Assembly (NCBI GenBank): GCA_051747585.1
Contig: JBNJGH010000028.1
Location: 1-32,606, forward strand
Source: Candidatus Rifleibacteriota bacterium
GTDB lineage: Bacteria > Muiribacteriota > Ozemobacteria > Ozemobacterales > Ozemobacteraceae
Direction of reading: 5' to 3'
DNA length: 32,606 nucleotides
This document shows, piece after piece, positions 1 through 8,121 of this stretch (positions are counted from its first letter, which is position 1; every line of letters starts with the position of its first letter). The notes beneath the pieces are model-generated. The model ran no database searches, had not been told where the DNA came from, and worked only from the letters and a program-made list of their open reading frames with translations. The translations under genes were made by a program, and so were the position numbers.

Positions 1-6
1 GTTCTC

Positions 7-1344
7 CTATTTTACGTTTATTTCGCTGACGCGAACAAATGGCCCACCAAAGCTTACGGGAAGCGGAAACTGTTCCATTTTGCCGCAGCCTCCACCAACA
101 AAGCTCAATATTTCGACTTTATCTGAAATGGCATCAATTTTATTGAGAGTTTTCATAACATTGCCTGTAATTACTGAAAACTTGACCGGTTTGGTAATTT
201 TTCCATTTTCAATTAGATATGCCATTGAGGGTGCAAGGGTAAAGGTAGACATTCCTGAACCGTGTTTTACAGTATCGATGAATATTCCTTTTTCTATGTT
301 GGAAAAAACCTCTTCTTTGCTTTTTTTGCCTTCATCTATGTAAGTACAGGTCATTCTAACTATAGGCTCGAATTCAAAACCTACAGATCTTGCATTTCCT
401 GTGGATTGTTCGCTGAGTTCTGCAGCAGTTGAAGCGCTATGCAACCTTCCTTCCAGCTTTCCCTGGCTTATAAGCATTGTCTTTTGTGCTTTTGTGCCTT
501 CATCATCATAGGGGCAGAAACCGCTGCTTTTAATTTCGCCATTGTCGACAATGGCAAGAATATCAGCTGCAACCTTTTTGCCCAGCTTCCATTCATTGAT
601 CATCGTCTCGTCGCCAACCATGAAATCTGCTTCTGATTTATGGCCAAAACTTTCGTGGGCAAATATTCCAGCAGCCATTGGTGACAAAACAACAGTGTAG
701 TTGCCGCCATCGATTTGCTGTGCATTTTTATAAAAATCTCTTGCCTGTTCTATATATTTTTTCGCTATATCCTGCAGGTTTCTTAATTCATCAAAAGTTG
801 TTGCAGCCTTGCTCCATGACTCACTGAAAACATTCTTGCCGCTGCCAAATCTTACGCCAAGGCGCAGACCTGCGATCTGAGTGTCAAACTTCAAGTTGGC
901 GCCAAGACTGGAATAAATCTCTTTATAAGTATGATTGTCTGTATAAACGGCACTGTGATGGCTTATTTCTTTATCGCCTTCTATAAGAGCTCTGTAGCTG
1001 TCTAGAAGCATTCGTTTTTCTTTAAGGTTTATTTTCTCTACTTCATTACTTTCATAACTATAAAAAACACCTTTATTAGACTGCATTTTTTTAATTATTG
1101 GATTTTCAAGAATTTTGTCGTTTGCTTGCGCCAGTTTTGCCAGCTTTTCTATTTCATGCTGGATATTTTCAATATCCGTTGTTGATGCATAATACCAACG
1201 GTTCCCATCAAACATTCTAATGAATGCTCCTGTATCGTCTTTCTCTTTGATTTCTTCAAGTTTTCCCATTTCGAAACTTAATAAAGATCTTTTTATTGTT
1301 TCGATTCTTACATCACAAAATAGATTGGATGGAAATGAATACAT
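7..1344 (-). CDS. tldD: TldD/PmbA family metalloprotease (TldD-type subunit)
   Basis: 445 aa; HExxxH motif (HESFGH), YDDEG, GNARS...PIVRMTCTYI and C-terminal GGCGK with the conserved Cys. RBS AGGAG upstream. A GGAG at the window's left edge suggests the next gene (possibly the PmbA/TldE partner) follows outside the window. Confidence 0.88.
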   Translation of the reverse strand: MYSFPSNLFCDVRIETIKRSLLSFEMGKLEEIKEKDDTGAFIRMFDGNRWYYASTTDIENIQHEIEKLAKLAQANDKILENPIIKKMQSNKGVFYSYESNEVEKINLKEKRMLLDSYRALIEGDKEISHHSAVYTDNHTYKEIYSSLGANLKFDTQIAGLRLGVRFGSGKNVFSESWSKAATTFDELRNLQDIAKKYIEQARDFYKNAQQIDGGNYTVVLSPMAAGIFAHESFGHKSEADFMVGDETMINEWKLGKKVAADILAIVDNGEIKSSGFCPYDDEGTKAQKTMLISQGKLEGRLHSASTAAELSEQSTGNARSVGFEFEPIVRMTCTYIDEGKKSKEEVFSNIEKGIFIDTVKHGSGMSTFTLAPSMAYLIENGKITKPVKFSVITGNVMKTLNKIDAISDKVEILSFVGGGCGKMEQFPLPVSFGGPFVRVSEINVK

Positions 1345-1547
1345 ATTTTACTCCTGTTGCTTGCTAATTTGTTAAAGGGTAAAGATGGCGGTTAGTCGAT
1401 TAAATAAAGAAGCGGTATAATCTTTAATGCATTGTTTGCAGGCTGGACATTTTTTATTTTTTTTTACAAGAGCTACAACTATACATCAGAAGAAAAATAT
1501 CACACTTTAGCGGCTCTTAACAAATAAACAAAACAATAGCTGTGCAA

Positions 1548-1895
1548 TTATTGAATTTTTCTGAAATAATTGATGCTTTTAAGCATGATTATATAAGTAG
1601 AAGATGTTAGAAATACCGAGATAATAAACGAAACGGCAAAATGGATGTTCTTTTTTAACAAGATGGGAAACACCAGAAAAAAAACAAGAGAAGGAATTAC
1701 CATCCAGAAAATATCCTGGCAGAGACCTATAATTACCTGGTGCTCCGAACCTTCAAATTTAAGCCATAAAATGGCAATAAGGCTTGTTATGGGCAGCGAA
1801 GCAAGTATGGCACCGGCAATCTGACTTTTTTTAGACAATTCGGTAATTGCTATGATTAAAATGAGGACAATAAAAACTTTAATAAGATATTGCAT
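1548..1895 (-). CDS. DUF3147-like small integral membrane protein
   Basis: 115 aa, about 4 hydrophobic helices; pattern ELSKKS..GAILASLPITSL..LWL...IFWMVIPSL.FF recalled for DUF3147; RBS AAAGGT. Confidence 0.7.
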   Translation of the reverse strand: MQYLIKVFIVLILIIAITELSKKSQIAGAILASLPITSLIAILWLKFEGSEHQVIIGLCQDIFWMVIPSLVFFLVFPILLKKNIHFAVSFIISVFLTSSTYIIMLKSINYFRKIQ

Positions 1896-2026
1896 CTTTT
1901 ACCTTTAAATTGAAGTTGGTTGTAAATAACACTGAATTTATATCATAATTCGAAAAATCCAGCAAACAAGACTGGTAGTGACAGATATTTCTATTCCGAT
2001 AGCGATTCCGACACCCGAAATAAAAA

Positions 2027-2971
2027 TTAAAGGATTTGCGATTCTTTTAAGGCCTGATCAAACTCTTGTGGAGTAAGTTCCCGCGGGAAATTATAAAACT
2101 TCTGGCCGGGCTTTTCGTTGTAATAAGGGCGGTTACAATTCCCACAGCCTGAAGTTCTAAAACAATTGCCTTCATCTAACATTTTGAGCAGCTCTTCATC
2201 AGAAAAGGCAGTGCCGAAGAGTTTTCCATTTTTGAAATTAAACTTATCAATCGATACATGATGTTGTTCGCAAAGATAACGAAATATCTGAACTCTTCTG
2301 TATTCATCAATAGGCGGTTGAACTCCTGAATTCAAAGGCGTCAGGGCAAAGAGAGAAATTTTTCCGCCGGCTTTAACAATTTCTTCTATTTTAGTGCAGA
2401 AAGTTTCTTCTGTATCACCAAGACCATAAATCAGATGAACTTCAATTTTTCCTGCTGCCGCTTTAACAAGTTTCATAAGAGAAGGCCAGTCTTTATTCCA
2501 GTTTTTTCTTTTGTGTTTGGAATAGCTCTTTGCTGACGCAGCATCCAGGCCTATTCCTATGTGATCAGCGCCAGCATCTAGTAGTCTTAAAGCCAACGGA
2601 GTTTGAGATGGGCTGAGGGTAATACTGGTAATAAAACCATGGTTAATAATACTCATGGCAACTTCAAAAAGTTCTGTTTCTTTCGCCGGATTGAAGCCTG
2701 TCTGCAAACAAACTCTTTTAAAAGGTCTCGGGGTTTGATCTAATAGATTGATTACCTGGTGAAATTCAAATTCCGGCCATATAATTCGGGAAAGTTTTTT
2801 GTCTTTTTGATTGCCGTTGGCGCGAGGACAAAATGAACATGAGCCAATACAGCCTTTATCCCAGAGAAGATATGCGGTTGTTGGCGCTACATCTTGTCGA
2901 GCTTTGATCAAACCAAGAACTATACCTGTCCCATAAGAAACTCTTATTTTACAATTAGATGCATTATTCAT
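2027..2971 (-). CDS. lipS2: Radical SAM protein, LipS2 subunit of the LipS1/LipS2 lipoyl synthase
   Basis: CxxxCxxC (CIGSCSFC) after TAYL; C-terminal TSGCGNCNRPYYNEKP matches the LipS2 TxGCPxC(N/D)RP motif with P changed to G. Start moved to ATG 2971, which overlaps the lipS1 TGA (ATGA). Confidence 0.8.
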   Translation of the reverse strand: MNNASNCKIRVSYGTGIVLGLIKARQDVAPTTAYLLWDKGCIGSCSFCPRANGNQKDKKLSRIIWPEFEFHQVINLLDQTPRPFKRVCLQTGFNPAKETELFEVAMSIINHGFITSITLSPSQTPLALRLLDAGADHIGIGLDAASAKSYSKHKRKNWNKDWPSLMKLVKAAAGKIEVHLIYGLGDTEETFCTKIEEIVKAGGKISLFALTPLNSGVQPPIDEYRRVQIFRYLCEQHHVSIDKFNFKNGKLFGTAFSDEELLKMLDEGNCFRTSGCGNCNRPYYNEKPGQKFYNFPRELTPQEFDQALKESQIL

Positions 2972-3861
2972 AGGCAGCAACATTCTGTGTGTTGAATAAT
3001 TTCAGCATTGTTCTTTTTTAAAATATTAACCAAAGTTTTATCGGGCATTACAAAATGTTGAATTCCTGCAAGCCATGCAAGAATATCGAAGTTCTTTCTA
3101 TGGCTTCCGGCTGGCCTCATACAACCTACCAGAATTTTTCCATCTAGTTTTTTTCGGGCGTAAGATATTATTTTTATTGCAGACTTTATATCTGGAAGCT
3201 TTTCATGGGCCATTTCAGTTCCCGGAGTTGGCCTGAAAAGAATGAAAACTGTTTTTACCGGCTGGTGCAAAGCCAGAAAATCAATAAGGTCTTTTTCGCT
3301 TGTTGCGGCATTTTTATCGAGCCCAAGGTTTATATGGGGAATAGTGGTAAAATGTTTCTGATATTCAAGATAAAGTTGTCGGTAATCTTCAATGTCATAG
3401 GGAAGTCGGAAAATCTGTCGTATAACTTTGTTGCTTACCGGGAGATCAAGTGAGACGACAGCCTTTCTCTTTTTTAAAAGCAGAAGGTTCTCAGGACTTT
3501 GAAAACCGGGATGAATATTAAAAGTAAGCTGTTCAGGAAGTTCGAGTAACTTTTTTTTTAAAGCTGAAATATTTAATGAACCGTCTTTATTGCTTCCTCC
3601 ACTAACCAAGATAGAATCGTAATTGCTAAGCTCTATTTCCGGTAATCTTTCTACAGGAGTCATAGATTTGAGATAGTGACCTTGACAGTGAGAGCAGTTT
3701 TGCTCGCAATGATCAGCTGTGACAGATACCGAAAGAGTTCGTTGTGGTTTTATTTGATGAAGTAAGGGGGGCTGGAAGTTACAATTGGAAAACAGGTCAT
3801 GGGCAAGCTTATGAAAATCGAGATGCAGCTCATTTTGCAGTTGGCTGTAAAGCTGCCTCAT
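2968..3861 (-). CDS. lipS1: Radical SAM protein, LipS1 subunit of the LipS1/LipS2 lipoyl synthase
   Basis: SVT..CEQNCSHC (CxxxCxxC), LVSGGS, PTPGTEM, GCMRP and C-terminal ECCC match the GC(M/A)R and CC motifs of LipS1. Confidence 0.8.
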   Translation of the reverse strand: MRQLYSQLQNELHLDFHKLAHDLFSNCNFQPPLLHQIKPQRTLSVSVTADHCEQNCSHCQGHYLKSMTPVERLPEIELSNYDSILVSGGSNKDGSLNISALKKKLLELPEQLTFNIHPGFQSPENLLLLKKRKAVVSLDLPVSNKVIRQIFRLPYDIEDYRQLYLEYQKHFTTIPHINLGLDKNAATSEKDLIDFLALHQPVKTVFILFRPTPGTEMAHEKLPDIKSAIKIISYARKKLDGKILVGCMRPAGSHRKNFDILAWLAGIQHFVMPDKTLVNILKKNNAEIIQHTECCCL

Positions 3862-3862
3862 A

Positions 3863-5626
3863 TTAAATTTCGTCGTCGGCTGAAACTCTTATAACTTCCG
3901 AAAGGGTGGTTATGCCACGTAAAACTTTTGCTAAACCGTCCTGACGAAGAGTTCGCATGCCCTGTTTCATTGATTCATTTTTTATAACACTGGTGGCGGC
4001 TTTTTCTACCACAAGCTCTTTAATTCTTTCAGTTGGAATAAGTAATTCCGTAATGGTGGTTCGTCCTCTATAACCTGTGTTATTACAGGCTTCACAGCCT
4101 ACGCCTCTGAATACCTGAGTCTTGCCTGACTGATAAAGCAGCTTGGATCTTTTTATTACGGCTGCAGCTGGCACATACTCTTCTTTACACTCTTTACAGA
4201 TAGTTCTTACCAGGCGCTGTGCCATAATTCCTATAATAGAGCTGGCTACCAGAAATGGTTCTACCCCCATGTCGATAAGCCTGGTCATGGCTCCGGCAGA
4301 GTCATTTGTATGCAAAGTAGAAAGAACAAGGTGGCCGGTAAGGGCCGCTCTTATTGCAACTTCGGCAGTGTCATAATCGCGAATCTCCCCAACCATTATA
4401 ACGTCGGGATCCTGGCGGAGAATTGATCTTAGCCCGCCGGCAAAGGTAAACCCTGCTTTAGGATTGATTTGTCCCTGGTTTATATTAGACAGTTGATACT
4501 CGACCGGGTCTTCAATTGTAACTATGTTTATAGTAGGGTCTTTTATTCTTTGCAGCGAAGCATACAGAGTTGAAGTTTTACCACTGCCGGTTGGGCCGGT
4601 AACCAGAATAATTCCATTAGGTTTTTTGATAAGAGTGGCAAAATTTTTAAGGGTATCGTCGGGAAAACCAAGTTCTTCAAGGCCGAATAGCACCTGACTT
4701 TTATCAAGTATACGCATAACAACTTTTTCTCCCCGCAGTGTGGGGTAAGTCGATACACGTAAGTCTACCTCGCGGTTATTTAACTGCAGCTGGATTCTAC
4801 CATCTTGAGGGATTCTTTTTTCAGCAATATCAAGTTCGGCCATAACCTTGCACCTGGAAATTGCTGCGGCTTCAAAGGCCTTAGGAAGAGCCATAACCTC
4901 CTGGAGCATGCCGTCAATACGAAACCGTGTTCTTAGCAGGTTTTCATCAGGCTCAATATGTATATCTGAGGCTTTTTCTTTAATCGCACGCATAATTATC
5001 AGGTTTATCAACTGAATAATGCTTTGTTTGTCACCAACATTAATTTGTCCCAGGTCTATGGCAGAGCCACCAAGTTTCTGCTCAGACATACCCTGAACTT
5101 TTTTGGCAAATTCTTCGATTGTAGATTGAGCTTGTACCCGGGTTGCTGGTGTTTTAGAGTCTTTTTTGCCAGGTATATGGGCAGTTGCATCTTCTCGATA
5201 AAACTCGTCGATTGCAGCCTGGATTTCGCTCATGCTTGAGACCAGAGGTTTTATTTTACAGGCTGTGGTATATTCCAGATTATCCAGAAGAAAACTGTCG
5301 AGTGGATCGAGCATGGCAACAGTTAAAGCGCCCTTAACACGTAGAATTGCAATACAATGATATTTACGGGCAATATTTTCTGGAATAAGCTTTACAACTT
5401 TTGGATCTATAACATAGTTTCTAAGGTTTGCATGACTGAAATTCAGCTTTGTCACCAGAAACTCGATGAGCTTGTGCTCGGTTACCAGTTTAAGCCTGAC
5501 CAGAGTGTATCCAAGGGTGTCACTTGTTCTTTTTTGTTCGCTTAATGCTTGTTTTAATTGTTCGGGGGTTACAAGACCTTCTGAAACAAGGGATTGTCCA
5601 AGTAACTTTTTTTCAATTCTCGCCAT
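3863..5626 (-). CDS. pilB: Type IV pilus / T2SS assembly ATPase (PilB/GspE) with N-terminal MshEN-like domain
   Basis: ASDIHIEP, PQDGR, Walker A GPTGSGKT, TIEDPVE, LRQDPDVIMVGEIRD, His box TGHLVLSTLHTN, tetra-Cys Zn site CKEC...CEAC. Confidence 0.9.
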   Translation of the reverse strand: MARIEKKLLGQSLVSEGLVTPEQLKQALSEQKRTSDTLGYTLVRLKLVTEHKLIEFLVTKLNFSHANLRNYVIDPKVVKLIPENIARKYHCIAILRVKGALTVAMLDPLDSFLLDNLEYTTACKIKPLVSSMSEIQAAIDEFYREDATAHIPGKKDSKTPATRVQAQSTIEEFAKKVQGMSEQKLGGSAIDLGQINVGDKQSIIQLINLIIMRAIKEKASDIHIEPDENLLRTRFRIDGMLQEVMALPKAFEAAAISRCKVMAELDIAEKRIPQDGRIQLQLNNREVDLRVSTYPTLRGEKVVMRILDKSQVLFGLEELGFPDDTLKNFATLIKKPNGIILVTGPTGSGKTSTLYASLQRIKDPTINIVTIEDPVEYQLSNINQGQINPKAGFTFAGGLRSILRQDPDVIMVGEIRDYDTAEVAIRAALTGHLVLSTLHTNDSAGAMTRLIDMGVEPFLVASSIIGIMAQRLVRTICKECKEEYVPAAAVIKRSKLLYQSGKTQVFRGVGCEACNNTGYRGRTTITELLIPTERIKELVVEKAATSVIKNESMKQGMRTLRQDGLAKVLRGITTLSEVIRVSADDEI

Positions 5627-5632
5627 TTACAA

Positions 5633-7351
5633 TTACTCTGCTATACCAAGATTTTGTTCGAATTGTTTTTGTGCATCCATAACAAATTCCACAATGGTTT
5701 TTTCGTGCTCAGGTGAGATATTGTTAAAGGAAATAATACATTCGTGAACTTCTTTGGTCGCAGCTGATGGAAGGTCTTCCGGAGAAGCAGTGCCGGCACC
5801 GAGTTTAAGTCGCACGAGTCGCCCCTGAACACCTTGGATAAAATTGCTGCCAATCTGAAAGGCAAGAATAATGTATTTACCCTGTTCGACGTCTTCGCTG
5901 GTTTCAACAACACAACCCCCGGCAGAAAGGTTGGTAATGACCCCTCGCATTTCAAAATCACTGCCTGAAATACTACCGTCAATTAACTCACCTGAAAGCA
6001 GAACTTTGAATTTACATGGAATCCTCGTTTCGGTTCTGATTGCTGATCTTTTATTGGTTCCTTCAACTTCAAAGTCAAACGGAACAAGGGCATTCTGGAA
6101 AACATCGGACAGAGTTCTAAGCTCTTTTGCGCTACTGCTTGTCTGATCGACAATAACGGTTTTACTTAAAGCGGTATTGGCAATATTTTGAATCTGTAGA
6201 GATATGTCGTCAGTAATCTGAGAAATTGTATTAACTTTCTGGTACATAACATCGGCTGTCTGGCTTTGGCGTTCAGCAGATTGACTTATATCTTTTATAA
6301 TATCGTTAAGCTGGTTAGTTGTTTGTACCATCGAGCCAAGACTGGATTCAACCGTGCTGATAACTTCCATACCCTGATTAACCTGCGAAGTATTGTTCTG
6401 CATCATTTCAGCTGCATTTTCGGTTTTCTGCAAAATATCGTTAATCAGGTTATTAATTTTTTTTGAGGATTCGGCGGAACCACGGGCAAGCTTTCTAACT
6501 TCTTCTGCAACAACGGCGAAGCCTCGTCCCTGTTCGCCGGCTCTGGCAGCCTCAATCGCAGCATTAAGAGCCAACAGGTTTGTTTTTTCGGCAATATTAG
6601 CTATTTCAGTAAGAATTGTTCCGATCTGTTTACTGCGGTCATTCAGATCATTAACCAGAGTTGCAGAGCCATCCGTTAATTCCTTGATTTTAAGCATTTT
6701 CTGAACAGATTCTTTAACCGACATCTGAGTTGATTTTGCTCTTTCAGATACGCTTTGGCTGTCGTCTTTGGCAATTATCAGTTTGGAACTTACATCTTTT
6801 GATAAGCTGAAGCTGCTTTCGAGGGAAGAAATTGTTTCTCTCAGATTCGCAGCGTTGTCCAATGCTTTATCATTGGTTTCACCGACACCATCAACAATTT
6901 CTTTAATTACCTGCGAACTGATCTGAGCCGTTCGGTCCAGATCAATCGAGGCTTCTTCAAGTTTGAAAGAAATAATTAGAACTCGTTTCAAAACTGACAT
7001 GACCATTCTAAACATCTGGTCAAAAACTTCGAGCTCTTTACTAAGACCCTTTTTATCTGATGAAAAGGCTTCAGGCTTAAGACCGACAGTGTTGGTCAAA
7101 TCCTTGGAAATTGCTGAAACTATACCTCTTAAAACCGATCTGCCAAACCAGCCGATAATTACACCGCAAACCAGGCCAAGCATAATTGAGGCGGCAATAA
7201 AAACAGAACGGACAGAGCTGGGAACCTTGGCAATTGTCATTCCCAGACCGGCGCAACATGCACCAAATATTAATCCAATCAGCAGAGCAAAGAACCATAA
7301 ACTTTTTTGCGATTTTGTTTTATTATTAATTAATAGTGAATGAAGAGCCAT
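5633..7351 (-). CDS. Methyl-accepting chemotaxis protein with C-terminal PilZ domain
   Basis: Two N-terminal TM helices; MCP hairpin [38 protein letters not shown]-terminal RSAIR (RxxxR) and NLSAGG ((D/N)xSxxG) PilZ motifs. Confidence 0.88.
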   Translation of the reverse strand: MALHSLLINNKTKSQKSLWFFALLIGLIFGACCAGLGMTIAKVPSSVRSVFIAASIMLGLVCGVIIGWFGRSVLRGIVSAISKDLTNTVGLKPEAFSSDKKGLSKELEVFDQMFRMVMSVLKRVLIISFKLEEASIDLDRTAQISSQVIKEIVDGVGETNDKALDNAANLRETISSLESSFSLSKDVSSKLIIAKDDSQSVSERAKSTQMSVKESVQKMLKIKELTDGSATLVNDLNDRSKQIGTILTEIANIAEKTNLLALNAAIEAARAGEQGRGFAVVAEEVRKLARGSAESSKKINNLINDILQKTENAAEMMQNNTSQVNQGMEVISTVESSLGSMVQTTNQLNDIIKDISQSAERQSQTADVMYQKVNTISQITDDISLQIQNIANTALSKTVIVDQTSSSAKELRTLSDVFQNALVPFDFEVEGTNKRSAIRTETRIPCKFKVLLSGELIDGSISGSDFEMRGVITNLSAGGCVVETSEDVEQGKYIILAFQIGSNFIQGVQGRLVRLKLGAGTASPEDLPSAATKEVHECIISFNNISPEHEKTIVEFVMDAQKQFEQNLGIAE

Positions 7352-7365
7352 TTTAAATATTCGAT

Positions 7366-8106
7366 TCAGACAATTTCAGTTTGTTTATCATCAATTTTTT
7401 TGTTCTTATCAGCTTTTTTTTGCTTTGGGGGTACATTCTTATCAAGAATATGCTCTTTACGGATTCTGTCAAGAATTCCGTTAACAAATTCATAACTTCG
7501 TTCTGCAGAGTATTTCTTGGCAAGCTCTATGGCTTCATTTATGCTTGCGTTAACAGGAATATCAGGAAAAAACAAAAGCTCGCAGGCAGCAGATCTTAAA
7601 ATACATCTGTCTATGGCTCCCATTCTGCCAAGGGACCAATTCTTAGCAGTTTCCTCGAGAATTTTATCTATCTTTTTCTTGTTTTCGCTTGTAGCGGAAA
7701 TAATTTCAGAAGAAAATTTCAAAACAGGACGAGTCTTTTTCAGTTTCCGTAAAATCTTATCTTCAAGTTTGTTAATAGCTGAATTAGCAAGACTATTAGA
7801 GGTCAAGCCGGAAAAATGTTTTTCAAGTGATTCTTGAATTTTGGCGTTCAAGTCATTTTTTCCATTGAGAAAACTTATGGAAATAGACTCGGAGAAGTCG
7901 GGGATAAACTCCTCGACTTCTCCTGAGAGTATTTCCTGAAAATCAGAAGTCTTAATAAACTCCCGGGCAATTGGCTCGATAACAGGCAAAACCAAAACTT
8001 CAGCTAATACCAGCTTTAGAGTTTCGCTTAAATCTTCGCCGGTAATTTCAGACTGATAAAGCGTTTTAAGTGCCATTTCTCGGGCCCGTCGCCTGGGAGA
8101 GATCAT
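7366..8106 (-). CDS. nusB: Transcription antitermination factor NusB with internal insertion
   Basis: N-terminal [15 protein letters not shown]-terminal [16 protein letters not shown]...[11 protein letters not shown]...FVNGILD; 246 aa versus about 140 aa typical. Confidence 0.9.
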   Translation of the reverse strand: MISPRRRAREMALKTLYQSEITGEDLSETLKLVLAEVLVLPVIEPIAREFIKTSDFQEILSGEVEEFIPDFSESISISFLNGKNDLNAKIQESLEKHFSGLTSNSLANSAINKLEDKILRKLKKTRPVLKFSSEIISATSENKKKIDKILEETAKNWSLGRMGAIDRCILRSAACELLFFPDIPVNASINEAIELAKKYSAERSYEFVNGILDRIRKEHILDKNVPPKQKKADKNKKIDDKQTEIV

Positions 8107-8121
8107 TTATTTTATCCTTTT

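Noticed and set aside
1372..1486. Cys-rich mini-ORF upstream of tldD (MYSCSSCKK-NKKCPACKQC..., 37 aa if the A9 run were A8), tempting as a RiPP precursor for TldD and the radical SAM genes
   Set aside because: As sequenced it stops after 10 codons, needs a frameshift and has no RBS. The radical SAMs carry LipS1/LipS2 motifs, not SPASM domains. Worth revisiting only if reads show A8.
1992..2018. Short hexamer-like run (TATTCC GATAGC GATTCC GACACC CGA)
   Set aside because: Only about 4 degenerate units with no inverted partner; at most a repeat remnant.
2027..3861. Calling the radical SAM pair biotin synthase (bioB) or lipA
   Set aside because: The LipA CX4CX5C and BioB YNHN motifs are absent; the LipS1/LipS2 motifs are present.
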